Shown: positions 48,793 to 62,862 of the stretch, piece by piece | Layout: the number at the start of each line of letters is the position of its first letter | Numbering within the stretch: the stretch's first letter is position 1 | Source of the DNA: Octopus sinensis | Taxonomy: Eukaryota | Assembly (NCBI RefSeq): GCF_006345805.1 | Contig: NC_043016.1 | Location: forward strand, 8,184,001 to 8,248,000 | Direction of reading: 5' to 3' | DNA length: 64,000 nucleotides | Made by a program: the position numbers and the translations under genes | Notes under the pieces: model-generated | The model's input: the letters and a program-made list of their open reading frames with translations, nothing else | Databases searched by the model: none | What the model was told of the DNA's origin: nothing

Positions 48793-49695
48793 GTATGAAT
48801 AGAATTATGTTTCCTTAACTATTCAGTTAGTTTTTGGTCAACCGTATATATATGAATGTGATGTATGGTAATGTTCATGTATAGTGCATGGTGTATGGCA
48901 GTGCTGGTGTGTGACGTATGGCAGTGTGTGGCATTCTGCTTCCAGTAATTATAATTATCAAACAGCTGTCCCTTTTGTAAGAAATATACAATTTAGCTGC
49001 CACTACCTTGTAGTATTTCTCACTTGCCCAAAAGACATCCTCCTTTTGGTTCCTTTAAGCCTGTCTTCCTTTTTCCTACACTTTGCTTCCAGACACATTC
49101 ACCATAGACTGTTCCCGTAGTTTTTCCTTTTCACACACACACACATACACACACAGACGCTTGCACATATACAAGCACATGTGTGCATACATGCACATGG
49201 CCGACAGCAATTTAACCAAGAAATTGGCCAACTTGAAATCAACATTTTTTCCTTACTGTACCGAGCTCTGTGGAGAGCAAGAGAGCAGTATGTCACGTCG
49301 TAGAGAAAATAACACATAATTGAGATGAATAAGAACAACACATGATATCTGTCTGTGTTGGTATGGACAAAATAACAGTCTAAAACGTTGATTCCTTAGA
49401 CTGCAACACAGTTTGAAGTACATTCTTAAAACCTTTCACTTCCTACTCATTATATACACAGTTTCATAGAATAGAGAGCTACAATTAGTCCACCCTTTTT
49501 TTTTCTGAAAAAAAAACAAAAAAAAAACAAGGTGCTGGCGTGGCTGTGTCGTAAGAAGCTTGCTTCCCAACCATATGGTTCTGGGTTCAGTCCCACTGCC
49601 TAGCACCTTGGGCAAGTGTCTTCTACACTAACCTTGGGCTGATCAAAGCTTTGTAAGTGGATTTGGTAGACGAAAACTGAAAGAAGTCCATTGTG

Positions 49696-49732
<37 letters not shown>

Positions 49733-50099
49733 TCACCATTATCGCTTAACATCTACCTTCCATGCTGGCATGAGTGAGACCATATGTGTATATATATGTG
49801 TGTGTATATATATATATGTATATATATAATAACAATTTAACAAATAAAACATATGCATACATACATATATGTACATACCTACATCTATATGTATATATAC
49901 ATGTATATATATATATATATAATTATATATATTATATATATATATGAGTACAGGACACCACAAATAAACGTAGAACACAATGAGAAACGAAAACATAAAG
50001 ACAAACAAGGAAACAGACTTTTTTTAACAACGGAAAAACAGAGTACAAGACAAAAAATACAAGGAATATTCCCCTTCATCAGCTGCCCCTTCAAAACAC

Positions 50100-50442
50100 G
50101 CATTGACTCGAACCAGGGCGTTTGATTTTTATCACACTTGGCATATGGGCTTTTTGATTTTCATCACTCTTGGTATATGTCCTCAAATTGCATTGTTGTC
50201 AGATTAACACCCAAACACTCTGAAATGTTTGCATTAGAGCCTCTGACACGAATACCAATCAGTACAGCATGTCATTTCCAAATTTCTGGTTGAGTGAATT
50301 GCATCATGATGATGTTTTACTCACAGACAGCACCCAACTGACCCTACTACACTATATAGTGGACGAAATCAAAAACAAACAATGCACATGCGCAAAATTA
50401 AAAATATAAAATGGTGACAATTTACTCATTGCACGTTATATA
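50100..50442 (-). pseudogene. Tc1/mariner-superfamily remnant (DD37D/maT-like, 5' end plus fragments)
   Basis: Minus strand MMQFTQPEIWK*HAVLIGIRVRGSNANISECLGVNLTTMQ is HTH-like. It is followed by PRVMKIKKP / VIKIKRP resembling the maT 'KTKHPASVMV' region, and it ends in TA. Confidence 0.5.
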
Positions 50443-51412
50443 TGTATATAGTTGTGTGTGTGTGTGTGTGTCTGTTTGTCCCCCTATCACCACTTGACCA
50501 CTGGTGTTGGTGTGTTTACATCCCTGTATCTTAGCAGTTCAGCAAAAGAGACCAATACAGTAAGTACTATGGTCAGTTTATTCAACTAAAGCCCTTTGAG
50601 ACAGTGCTTTAGCATGGACTCAATCAAAACATCTGAAACAAGTAAAAGAATAAACAAACAAACAGCGATATCTGGAGTTTACCAAAGAGAGGTGTACACG
50701 TCACGTAGACAAATTTACAATGAATGTTCTTTATTTTTGTTCCTCCTCTATTTTCTCAAGTTCAGACTTTTGTATGGTGGTCAACTATGTGCCAGCATCA
50801 CCACCACCACCACCGCTGCCGCCATCTGTATTTTTTTTTTGTTTCCATATATGGCTCAGACAGGATTGGTTGTGGCATTATTCTACTGACAGACATCATT
50901 CCTGGTGGCCAAACATTACTTGTCTTTGTGTAAGGTATACTTTTATTCCATAATGTCACACAAACCATTGAGATGCTTAACGTTTTGTTCGTGTGGAGCA
51001 TAAAACAACTTGGTGACTTAAACATTGTCCCTGAGTGGTGCCAGTGCAAAGACATGTGGAGAAAAAAATACACACACGAGCAAACACACATGCATACACA
51101 CACATTGATCAACTCAAGACAATAGTAGGGGACACTTGCCCAAGGTGCTATGCAATGAGACTGAACCCAGAACCAAGTGGTTTCAAAGTAAGCTTCCTCA
51201 ACCACATAGCAGGTACAGATGTGGTTGGGTTGTGTGATAAGAAGTTTGCTTCCCAACCACATGACTCTGGGTTCAGTCCTGTTCATTGGCACTTTGGTAC
51301 AAGTGTCTTCTTCTATATCCCTAGGCTGGCCAATTCTTGTGAATGGATTTGATAAATGGAAACTGAAAGAAGCATGTGTGTGTGCATGTATGTGAGTATA
51401 TATATGTATATA

Positions 51413-51459
<47 letters not shown>

Positions 51460-51590
51460 CAGGTGCGAAACCCAGAGTAACCCCTTAGACCAGCCATAAC
51501 TATCTTTACTTAAATACTCTACTGCTCTATAACCTAGAGTGTGCTTCTCTTTTGGATTTATGATATACTTAGGGTATATATATATATATA

Positions 51591-52010
51591 CCCATTGCAG
51601 TCCTCGATTCTTGTCGATAGATGTTGTCTTTGAAGGCGAAGTAGTTATTTTCCAAGATGAATTTTAGCCCTTCTATCACAAATTCTTTTTTGATGCGATG
51701 TGGGAGTTCGTTGGCGTAATTCTCTAGCCAGAATTGAATTGCCTCTATTCCTAGGTTGTGGGGGATATTGGAATAGAGGTTGACTACATCGAAGAACACT
51801 AGTAGGTTTTGTTTATTGTTTCAGGAGCATATCCAGGTCGTCCCTTATATAGCTTTTGACATGCTTGAGGAATGGTTTTAAGGAGGTCTCTAAAAAGTTA
51901 CTTGGGTGGTGGGTTTCGCATGCGGGATTTGCTACTATAGGTCTCAATTCGTGGTCATTACAAGTAGGGACTTTGATTATCATGTCTGTGGCTTTCCTGC
52001 GATGTCTTCT
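51591..52010 (-). pseudogene. Penelope-like element reverse transcriptase fragment
   Basis: ELRPIVANPACETHHPSNFLETSLKPFLKHVKSYIRDDLD / FFDVVNLYSNIPHNLGIEAI...ILENNYFAFKDNIYRQESRTAMG match Penelope-type RT motifs (RPI, DVxxLYxNIP, QxxGxAMG). Confidence 0.88.
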
Positions 52011-54502
52011 TTCATTTCGTTGCAGCTGGGGGGGGGGAGAGGGTAAACTCGAGCCCTTTGGAGAGTTTGTTGATTTGGTTTGCTGTTAGTTATTTTGTGA
52101 GTTAAATTGATAGTTTTTTTTATCACTTTTGGCTCCTCATGTCTGTTTGGTGCTATCTTGTGTACTGTATACGTCCAAAACCCTTCAGACTAGTGCTCCA
52201 GCATGACCGTAATCCAATAACTGAAACAGATAAAAAAGGTGGCTTATAAATAAATACCAGGTGGTGACTTGTTGCAGTCATTACAGCAGCATTTAGAGTT
52301 TGTAGCAGTATTTGTCCCAGTTTGCTGGGCTCTGAGTTCAAACCCTGATGAGAACAGCTTTGCCTTTTGTCCTTTCAGTGGTGAATCTGAAGGCAGGGGG
52401 TGGGGGGTAAATGAAGTATCAATACTGCAGTCACTTCTTCTTCATGACATATGACATGTCTTGGAGCTTTTTCTAAACACGGCAGAGCACATCTTTTTGC
52501 AGATCAAACCACAAACAACTTCTTCCATTGAAGAGATGCTAATCTGCAAGATTGTCATTTTTTTTTTTTTTTTAAAAAGCTCCAATGTCATGATGACACG
52601 GTGCCACATGTCATCATAACACCATTGTGGTACCATCAGAAGCTGAGGATCCCCAGGACAAAGAATGACATGTTAAACTACATTTGGTTTTATATTTGAA
52701 GAAGAGGGGAGAAAAAAAATTGTTACTCTGGTTGTCTTTTCTCCTTCTACAATTATGACCACCACCACTACCACCACCAACACCACTCAGTGCAGAGATG
52801 ATGTTGAACCCCCCCCCCATTTCCTCAGTGATCTCTACAGCCATAAACCTAATGGTACATGGTGTATATGTGCTTAAGTGAAGGCATGTGGCTTAGCGGT
52901 TAGGGTGCTGGACTCATGATCGTAACATTATGGTTCAATTCCTAGACTGGGTGATACGTTGTATTCTTGAGCAAAACACTTCATTTTCATGTTGCAAAAA
53001 TGGGTAACCCTATGAAGGACCAGTGTCCCACCATTGAACCGGCCCTATGAGCCTTTATGACCCGCGAAGGGTATCTATTATCAATATGTGTTTACCATGA
53101 CACCATCTCCAGAGAAAGATTGTTTTAACTCATTAGTACTCCAACTTCTGTATCATCATCATCACCATCACCATCATCATTATTATCATCATCACCACCA
53201 TCATCATCATTGTTTTGGGCTTGCTTGTAGTTTCTTTTCCTTCTTGCTAGCTTTGGTTGAATGAGATTTCTTGAAGCAATAGTTTGTGGTTGAATGCCCT
53301 TCCTAACATCAACCCTTACTCATTTTCAAGTAACGTGTTCTTTATTCCGTCGGCATTTGTACATCAAACTGTTGAGCTGAGGGGACATAGAGAAACAATC
53401 CTTGCTGCCCAATAATAATAGGTGCCAAAATGAAGACATACGGAACCAATGACACACTTAGACATGCATGAACTCAAACACATGGACACAAACATGTATG
53501 GTCCCTGCTGAGAGACCAAATCTGAAATTCTATCATTGAAAAGAGGACTTCTTAAACACATAGCCTTGACATATTTTTAATTGTGGTATATCTTTGGGAT
53601 TATACTGTGATTGTCAAGATCTGTCGTGTAAACTCAAACACACGATATTTTCCTATGTTGCAGATCTAGGGAAAAAAAATTTGAGATGCCATGATGTGAG
53701 ATGGGAGGTGGGGGGAAAGAGAAGAAGAAGAAAAAGAGGGAGAGGAGTTGCAGAGGGATGGAAAGGTCAGGGACTCAAAGCAAGAAAGTGTTGGCAGAGA
53801 TAAAACTTAAAAAAAAAAAAGGGGGTGGAGAAAGAGGAAGAAGAGATGATAATAGATAAGCAAAGAGAAGTGTGTGTGAGAGAGAGAGAGAGGGAGAGAA
53901 AGAGAGAAACCAGATTGAAAAATATCCAATGCTTCCTTATTGTTTAAATGCTCTAGTTTGTGATTTTAGAGAATTTGGCTGTTATTTCTTGCAGACTAGG
54001 TTGCTGCATAATGGTTCTTTTCTTTCACTCATGATGTGTGTATATTTATGTGTGCATATAAAACACTTTTGTTTTTTTTTGGGTTTTTTTATTCAGTTTG
54101 TACATCTAAAAAGTGCATGCACTTATCAATGTGTGAATATATTTGTGTGTGTGTGTGTGTGTGTGTGCGTAAACACACACACACATATATACATAAGACT
54201 TCGTATATAATTTTAGATAGTGGGAGTGGGAGTGGGAGAGGCTTGGGTAGATATGAAGAGGAGTGGTAAGAGGAAGCAGGGGAGGGAGGAGAATAGCCGG
54301 AAACGGACCTGAAATCCACTATGAACGTCTTCTAATACCAGTTTAGGTGGTATTTACTTTGGTAAAGTTTAATGCCAGTCTAACCAGACATTGCATCAAC
54401 ACATTCCGACACTGGCACATACCACCACCACCACCACCGCCAACGCCATCACCGCCAACGCCACCTACTGATGCTACCTTTTGTACATGCTTGTCTGTTT
54501 GC

Positions 54503-54548
<46 letters not shown>

Positions 54549-55378
54549 AAATATATATATATACATGCACACACACACAAGTTTGTGAGTGTGTATTTAT
54601 TTAAAATTAAATAGAACACTCATCGTGAAAACTTAACTAAAGGGATAACATTGGTGTTGGTGGTGGTGGTGGTGGTGGTGGTGGTGGTGGTGGTGAAGAA
54701 AGCGGAAGAAGTAAAGAGAGAGAGGGAGGGAGAGAGGAGGAGGAGTAAGTATAAAGATGTGATGGTGTGGAAAAGAGGCACAAACTAGGAACACAACCAC
54801 CACCGACAACAACAACAACTACAACAACAGAAACAGAAGCAAAGGCAGAAGAGTTAGGAAATAATGGAAAGCGTGAAAAAGAGGATGAGAGAGAGAGAGT
54901 AAACAAACGAAACCAACAGAAAGAGTGAGAGAGAGAGAGAGAGAGAGAGAGCAGGAGTAAGAGAGATAAAGAAAGAATAGAGAAATGTTTTCAAATCTAA
55001 ATTCAGACATCTTCATTATAGTAAAGCAGTGGAATCTATTGGAATTAGTGATGGTCTGTTGTCAGCAAATAGTAAATAGATTTAAGGAATATATAGGATA
55101 ATTATTTATAATTTATGTTTTTATTTTAACTTTTCTACTTCTGATTCAGGAATGAATTAACCCTTTCAGAATCAACCCACCCAAGATTACATTCTTGTTT
55201 TTAAAGTGTTTGCATGTTTAAATCCAGGTGTGTCTCTGTGTGGGTTAGAAGTTTGTTTCCAAACCACAATGGCTCCAGGTTCAGTCCTACTGCAAAGCAC
55301 CTTGGCACCTTGACCAATTGTCTTCTATTGTTGTCCCAGGCCAGCCAAAGCCTTGTGACTGGATTTGGTAGGCAGAAC

Positions 55379-55795
55379 GGCAGCAAGCTGGCAGAAACGT
55401 TAGCACACCCAGTGAAATACTTAGTGGTATTTCGTCTGCTGTTACGTTCTGAGTTCAAATTCTGCCAAGGTTGACTTTGCCTTTCATCTTTTCGGGGTCG
55501 ATAAATTAAGTACCAGTTATGCACTGGGGTCGATGTAATCGACTTAATCCATTTGTCTGTCCTTGTTTGTCCCTTCTATGTTTAGCCCCTTGTGGGTAGT
55601 AAAGAAATAGGTATTTCGTCTGCCGCTACGTTCTGAGTTCAAATTCTGCCAAGGTCGACTTTGCCTTTCATCTTTTCGGGGTCGATAAATTAAGTACCAG
55701 TTACGCACTGGGGTCGATGTAATCGACTTAATCCATTTGTCTGTCCTTGTTTGTCCCTTCTATGTTTAGCCCCTTGTGGGCAATAAAGAAATAAG
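55379..55795 (+). mobile_element. SINE B plus near-identical partial tandem duplicate, inserted in an A-head SINE
   Basis: 55611-55795 repeats 55427-55610. The A head is at 55230-55378 and an (ATG)n-type tail at about 55870-56045. Confidence 0.85.
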
Positions 55796-56382
55796 AAGTT
55801 TGTGTGTCTGTGTGTGTGTGTGTGCGTGCGTGCGTGCATGTGTGTGTGCGTGCGTGCATGTGTGTGTGTGTGTGTCGTGCATGATAGTCGTAAATGAGTC
55901 TCACTGTCATACAAGCAGTGTTGTTCATTTCCAGTACAGTGCAAGAACATGTCTAGCCATGAGGGAAATATTACTTCGGAAAACAAGGGTTGGCAACAGG
56001 AAAAGCACCAGACATGAGAAAGTGGATGGTAAATTAATGATGATGAAGAATCTTCTATTATGATGTTGTGCAAGAATTTTTTTTTTTGTTACGTTATGCT
56101 CCTTGATATCCAGGCAAATCGATATGTCATTTTAGGGAATAAATCCCAAGGTTGCTTGTTCAAGAGAACATGGTAAAAACCACTTAAAGTAAAATACTTG
56201 GAACTGTTGATATGGAGTCAGTTGTGTTTACATACTTTATGAAAATGGTGAGCCTAACAAAAGATGCTTTGTTGTGTTTAAGAATTCATAAATGAGAGAA
56301 AATGCCTAAAATGTCTTTTCGTTGTACTTGGTGTTTGAATAGAATGTGTAAGTTATTTTAACAAAATCCATCCAAATTCTTA

Positions 56383-56628
56383 TCTTTCATTCTTTTACTT
56401 GTCTCAGTCAGTGGACTGTGGCCATGCTGGAGCACCACCTTGCAGGGTTAGTCAAATAACTAGACACCAGGGTTTTTTTGGGGGGTTTTTTTAAGCCTGG
56501 TATTTATTCTATCACCCTTGTTTTACCAAACCACTAAGTTATGGGGAACATAAACAAACTAACACTGTCTGTCGAGTAGTGGTGGAGAACAAACACATAC
56601 ACAAAGACACACACAAACACACACACAC

Positions 56629-56667
<39 letters not shown>

Positions 56668-56740
56668 CATGGACATCTTTCAGTTCTTATCTACCACATT
56701 CATTCATAAGGCTTTAGTCAGCTTAATGCTATGCTAAAAA
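56383..56740 (-). mobile_element. SINE family A (diverged)
   Basis: Tail and core recognisable. Confidence 0.75.
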
Positions 56741-56867
56741 CCTATAAAAATAAACTGAAATAAACTATACAAGCACACACACACACACACACACGATGTG
56801 TAGTATCTTCAGAAAATCTTCTGCAAAAGAATTAAAGCAGCATTGAAGAATTACACTTCCTTGTATT

Positions 56868-57016
56868 CCATGGTTCCCAACCTTTTCACTACCAAGGACT
56901 CCTTTTATTTAAATGAGTTTTCCCATGGACCCCAGAATATTGAAAGGTCTGTCATCTTAACATGTTCACAGACACCACCAGTACTACTTTTGCAGACCAC
57001 AGTTTGGGAACCACTG
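56868..57016. mobile_element. Short hAT-type MITE
   Basis: TGGTTCCCAA / TTGGGAACCACTG termini; TSD not evident. Confidence 0.55.
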
Positions 57017-57289
57017 TTCTGTTGCATTATTTATATTCTTCACAAGGGCAGTGCGTTGTTGGTTGAGTCCATAAAGCTTCGGACAAAAATATTTTGCAAT
57101 ATTTGTGCCAGCCCTTTAAGATGGCAGGCTGGCAGAATTGTTATCACACCAGCTGGAATGCCTCATGGCATTTCATCCATCTTTACATTTCGAGATCTAA
57201 TTCCACTGAGGTTGACTTTGCCTTTCATCTTTTTGGGGGGCCAATAAAATAAGTACCTATTGTGTGTTGGTGGTCAATGTAATTGACCT

Positions 57290-57995
57290 AAACCCTTTCG
57301 TTACTGTATTTATTTTGAGATGCTCTTTGTTTCTTTCAATTAAATTTAAATATAACGAAGAATTTAGTAAAAGAACTTAGAGTGTTAGGAACATAAATTG
57401 TGACTAAGGTTTGGAGGAAGATTTTAATTCAAAACTTATGGAAACAAGACATTTGTACTCAGAGCCAGTTTCAGCCAGGTTAGTATCAAAAGGGTTAAGA
57501 ATTGTTTCTCTATTATATATTTTAACCCTTTCATTACTGTATTTCTGTTGAGATGTTCTGTGTTTCTTTTAATTAATTTTAAATATAATAAAGAATTTAG
57601 TAAAATAACTTAGTCATAATTAAGCTAGTGTTAGGAACATAAATTGTGAGTAAGGTTTGGTGGAAGATTTTAATTCAAAACTTATGGAAACAAGACATTT
57701 GTACTCAGAACCCAGATTCAGCCAGGTTAGTATCAAAAGGGTTAAGAATTGTTTTTCTATTATATATTTTAACCCTTTCGTTACTGTATTTCTGTTGAGA
57801 TGTTCTGTGTTTCTTTTAATTAATTTTAAATATAATAAAGAATTTAGTAAAATAACTTAGTCTTAATTAAGCTAGTGTTAGGAACATATTATGACTAAGG
57901 TTTGGTGGAAGATTTTAATTCAAAACTTATGAAGGCAAAACATTTGTAATCGAAGCCAGAGACGGTTTCAGCCGGGTTCGTAAAGAAAGGGTTAA
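57290..57995. mobile_element. Three tandem piggyBac-like MITEs (family F)
   Basis: Each unit reads AACCCTTTC...AAAGGGTTAA and the units are separated by a nearly identical ~24-bp spacer. Confidence 0.85.
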
Positions 57996-58709
57996 GACAG
58001 TCCCCTGGAATTGCTGGCCAACTTTGCCATTTTTATCCTTTTAGGCTAGATAAAAGAAAGTACCAATCAGGAAGTGGAGTTCATTTAACAGACTTTTTTT
58101 TGTTCCTCTAATATTTTGAGGCCCTCGTTATGGTCATGTTAGAAATTGCTATTAGTTTTAGTTGAAGGTGGCAGTGGTGGTGATGAAAATGAAGAAGACC
58201 AAAATCCATAATAGAGCGATGCCATCAAGTGTAGGAAAATAAAAGCCTTGTTAAAACTTCATAATACTGGTTGTTTATTCCCAACAAGCCAGCCTTGCTC
58301 CAGTAGCAGCAGCAACATACTAATGATGAAAATTTTTAACTGGGAAGAATATCCATCTTTTGTTTTAAGACAAAGTATATAGGAGGGCTGCCTCCTATAT
58401 ACCCACCTTTTCATTCCTTTTTTTTTTCTTTTTTTTTTTTGTTTAAGGAAAAAAATGTTTGATTTGATGAATATTTGGCTGTTATTTCTAGTAGGTCAAG
58501 TGACCACTATAAAGGCTTCTTTGTTAGCTGGATTATACTTAAAGTTCCTCTTAAGTCTACACACACACACACACACACACACTCACACACACACACACTC
58601 ACACAGGAGCTCCAGAGAGGTAGGGCTGTGAAGAAAAGGAGTGGTTTTGTGCAAAATATAAGCTGTTTTTGGCTGAAGAGACAGAAGTACAATTGATGCT
58701 GGTGATATA

Positions 58710-58752
<43 letters not shown>

Positions 58753-59361
58753 ACACACACACACACACACGTACACACACACACACACTCAGACATACAT
58801 GCATACATACATTGAGATATACATACACATATAAACAGCTTTAGATAGAGAGATAGGGTGGTAGGAATCAGTTTAGAACTGGTGAGAGGGTAATTTTGAC
58901 TGGACAAAAGTACTACAGGACAGGTCACCAAATGACGTTACCTTGAAACCCTGTATATTTCTTCCCAAATCTGTCTCTGTCAAACTCTCAACTTTGACCA
59001 GTTTGAAATATTTTCAAGAGAAAGTTTACGATTCTGGTTGTGGATAAAGAAGACTGTGGGAACAAATTTAGCAGTTTTTGGCAAAAAAATGTACCCTTTT
59101 GCCATGTTATGACAAAAAGTTAGTGAAATATTTAAAATGTTTACAGTTGGATAGATAGACAAATATAACAAAATAATTTGACAAAAAAATGTGAATTTTT
59201 AATTATTTTCTGAGATTTTACAAAAACAACAAAGGTATTATTTAAAAAAAATATTAGGTGTATGGCTAAAAGATAAGGTGGAGCAGAAGGTTAGGGAATT
59301 TTTGGATATACAAGCAATATTGCATAGTAGAGTAGATCTGAAATAATGGTAATGGTGATGG

Positions 59362-59584
59362 TGGCAGAAACGTTAGCACGCAGGGCGAAATCCTTAGCGG
59401 TATTTCGTCTGCCGCTACGTTCTGAGTTCAAATTCCGCCGAGGTCGACTTTGCCTTTCATCCTTTCGGGGTCGATAAATTAAGTACCAGTTACGCACTGG
59501 GGTCGATGGAATCGACTTAATACCTATGTCTGTCCTTGTTTGTCCTCTCTATGTTTAGCCCCTTGTGGGTAATAAAGAAATAGG
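59362..59584 (+). mobile_element. SINE family B
   Basis: Near-consensus copy; flanking GGTAATGGTGATGGTGGCAG is duplicated. Confidence 0.9.
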
Positions 59585-59949
59585 TAATGGTGATGGTGGC
59601 AGTGGTTCTTGGCAACTATCATTGCCATCATCAATGTCATTCTATCATGCATTTTTCTTTCCCTCCCATGTTGCCAAAGATTGGATTGGCCCCCACCCCA
59701 TGTAGAAATAGCATATTTCATCACTCATCTCCGTTTTGTGGCATCTCGGATATCATTGTCTTGTCTCATTTTCTGACATTATTTTCTCTGTAATTCACAT
59801 TCATAAGACATGTTAGTGTAGACTTGACTCTGAGCTCCAGCCATTCCAGACCTTGTATTGCTAAATTGTACATCTGAATCTTCCTCTTCTGTCACTGGTA
59901 CCTTGCTCTTTTATCACACACTATGTTTTTCCTATATCAACCTTTAAGT

Positions 59950-60487
59950 GAGGGCACAATGGCCCAGCGGTTAGGGCTCGCTGACTCGCGGTCATAGGAT
60001 CGCGGTTTCGATTCCCAGACCAGGTGTTGTGAGTGTTTATTGCTCCGGCAGGGAATGGTGGCAAACCCTGCTGTACTCTTTCACCACAACTTTCCCTCAC
60101 TCTTACTCTTACACAATGGCCCAGTGGTTAGGGCAGCGGACTCGCGGTCGTAGGATCGCGGTTTCGATTCCCAGACCAAACGTTGTGAGTGTTTATTAAG
60201 CAGAAAAACACCTAAAGCTCCACGAGTCTCCGGCAGGGAATGGTGGCAAACCCTGCTGTACTCTTTCGCCACAACTTTCTCTCACTCTTACTTCCTGTTT
60301 CTGTTGTGCATGTAATTCAAAGGGACCAGCCTTGTCACACTCTATGTCACGCTGAATCTCCCTAAGAACTATGTTAAGGGTACACGTGTCTGTGGAGTGC
60401 TCAGCCATATGCACGTTAATTTCACGAGCAGGCTGTTCTGTTGATCGGATCAGCTGGAACCCTTGTCATCGTAACCGACAGAGTGCC
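59950..60487 (+). mobile_element. SINE family C with duplicated head
   Basis: Partial copy at about 59950-60112 followed by a full copy at 60113-60487. Confidence 0.85.
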
Positions 60488-60712
60488 AACAACTCTTTGA
60501 AATGGCAGTGTAGTTGAGATGTTTGCTTCACAACTGCTTGGTTACAGGTTTCTATTCCACTCTGTGACACCATGAGCCAGTGTCTTCTGCTCAAGTTGAT
60601 AGTTAAGTGGAATTTCTCGTAAAGGATTTTTTTTAGCAAGATTATACTTAGTTTCCATTCTAATTCCTTGTGAATAGATTTGATAGACAGAAACTGAAAT
60701 AAGCCTGTCATA

Positions 60713-61105
60713 TTCTTTTTACTTGTTTCAGTCATTTGACTGCAGCCATGCTGGAGCACCGCCTTTAGTTGAGCAAATCGACCCCCAGGACTTATTCTTT
60801 GTAAGCCTAGTACTTATTCTATTGGTTTCTTTTGCCGAACCGCTAAGTTACGGAAATGTAAACACACCAGCATCAGTTGTCAAGTGATGTTGGGGGGACA
60901 AACACAGACACACAAACACCCACACATATATACATATACATATATACATATACATATATACGACGGGCATCTTTCAGTTTCCATCTACCAAATCCACTCA
61001 CAAGGTTTTGGTCGGCCCGAGGCTATAGTAGAAGACACTTGCCCAAGATGCCACGCAGTGGGACTGAACCCGGAACCATGTGGCTGGTAAGCAAGCTACT
61101 TACCA
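60713..61105 (-). mobile_element. SINE family A nested in an older A-head/(ATG)n-tail SINE
   Basis: Host head at about 60505-60710 and host tail at about 61140-61390. Confidence 0.85.
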
Positions 61106-61356
61106 CACAGCCACTCCTGTGCCTCATATATTCGCTCATATGTGTGTGTTTGAGTGTGTTACTGTGTCCTTGTGTGATAGTTGTAAATGAGTATCATCAT
61201 GAAAGTGGCGACTTTGTCTGAAGGAAAATATCGCCTTACTCAGAAATAGGTGAAGGTTGGCGACAGGAAAGCTGTCAGACCTTACAAAAATCTTCCTCAA
61301 CAAACTCCATCTGACCCATGCGAGCATCAAAAAGTGGATATTAAAAAACAATGACT

Positions 61357-61391
<35 letters not shown>

Positions 61392-61634
61392 AGAGGTAGC
61401 GAAAGAGTGGGAGAAAGAAATTGTCCTAATACTTGATTGGTTCTCCCCCAACCCCCCACCCTGGAAAAAAAAAATCAATGAAAGGTAAAAATTGACCGTG
61501 CGGAAGCTTGTACCTAGAATGCAGAAAACTTAAATACCGTGGCACTACAAACTCGCTACTTTAGTGACCCAACGATGAGGTTCCGCTGACATGGCTTTGG
61601 TCAACCTAAGGCATAGAACATATCTTTGAACAGG

Positions 61635-61797
61635 TGTAGTTGAGTGGTAAGAAGCTTGCTTCCCAACCACCTAGTTTTGGGTTCAGTCCCATTGTGTGGT
61701 ACCTTGGGCAAGAGTCTTTTACCAAAGCCTCAGGCTGACTGAAGCCTTGTGAGTGAATTTGGTAGACAGAAACTGATAAGAAGTATGTTTTTATATA

Positions 61798-61833
<36 letters not shown>

Positions 61834-61985
61834 CTTTGTCTCTCACCTCCACTTGACAACCTAGCAGTTCAGCAAAACAAATCAATAAAATAAGTACTGC
61901 AGTCAATTCATTCCACTAAAAATTCTTCAAGGTGGTGCCCCAGCATGGCCGCATTCTAGTGTCTGAAAGTAGTAAAAGATGAAAT
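61635..61985 (+). mobile_element. SINE family A (diverged)
   Basis: Colinear with the consensus. Confidence 0.78.
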
Positions 61986-62862
61986 ATAAAAGATATTTTC
62001 ACAGAGCTTGTATACCATGCAATGGAACGGAACCCAAACTGCTTACTTGCAAAGGTGAACTTCCTAACCACATTGCCATTCCTTCATCCACAAAGTTGTT
62101 AAAAGTCTTAAAGGGAATATGTCATTACTTGAGGAATGGTAGACATTATTATTATTATTATTATTATTTACTGTTTTACATATGCATTTCTCTTTCATAG
62201 AATATTTCCAATACATCAACGAAATAAAAACTAAAAAGTGTTAGCAAATACAAAGTAAGGTATAGCTACTGTCTTTAAAACCGTATGTTGTCTTTTGACT
62301 ACATTCTTCCAAGACAAATTGTTGTTTGATTTGCTTTTGACAATTTCTTCTGAAATAAAATAACATACTTTGAAGAATATAAATTCCTTTGTTGTTTTAG
62401 ATAAGTGATTCTCAAATGGTGCATTCTGCTGCAACACAAGGGAGGGGTATCTAGGTGCACCATGTTTTTTCTTTTTTTTTTTTTAAATATAAAGTGTTAG
62501 AAAATCCATATCAATTCTTAAGAATTTTGAAAAAGAAAAAACATGAGATTCATAATTTTATTATATATATATATATATATATTTATGATTACTAAAAACA
62601 AGGGAAGCAATTGTCAGTTTTTCTTTTTTTCTTTTTTTTACCCAGTTTCAGAATTTCTATTTTAAAACATAGTTTTGGCTTTAACTTTCTCTCATGGAAA
62701 GTGTGAGTAACTTTTTTTTCTCAGATTCTTAAGTGGCTTTGCACTTTCAAAGATGTGTGCAGTAAGAAATCTCTTACTTGAAAAGCAGGTAAGGGTTAGT
62801 GACAGAAAGAGCATCCATCTATGAAATAATGTCTTAATATGCAGTCATCTAATTCATGTTAA

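Noticed and set aside
54089-54319. Ser/Pro-rich minus-strand ORF (SVSGYSPPSPASSYHSS)
   Set aside because: It derives from purine-rich low-complexity sequence, with a weak acceptor and no convincing donor.
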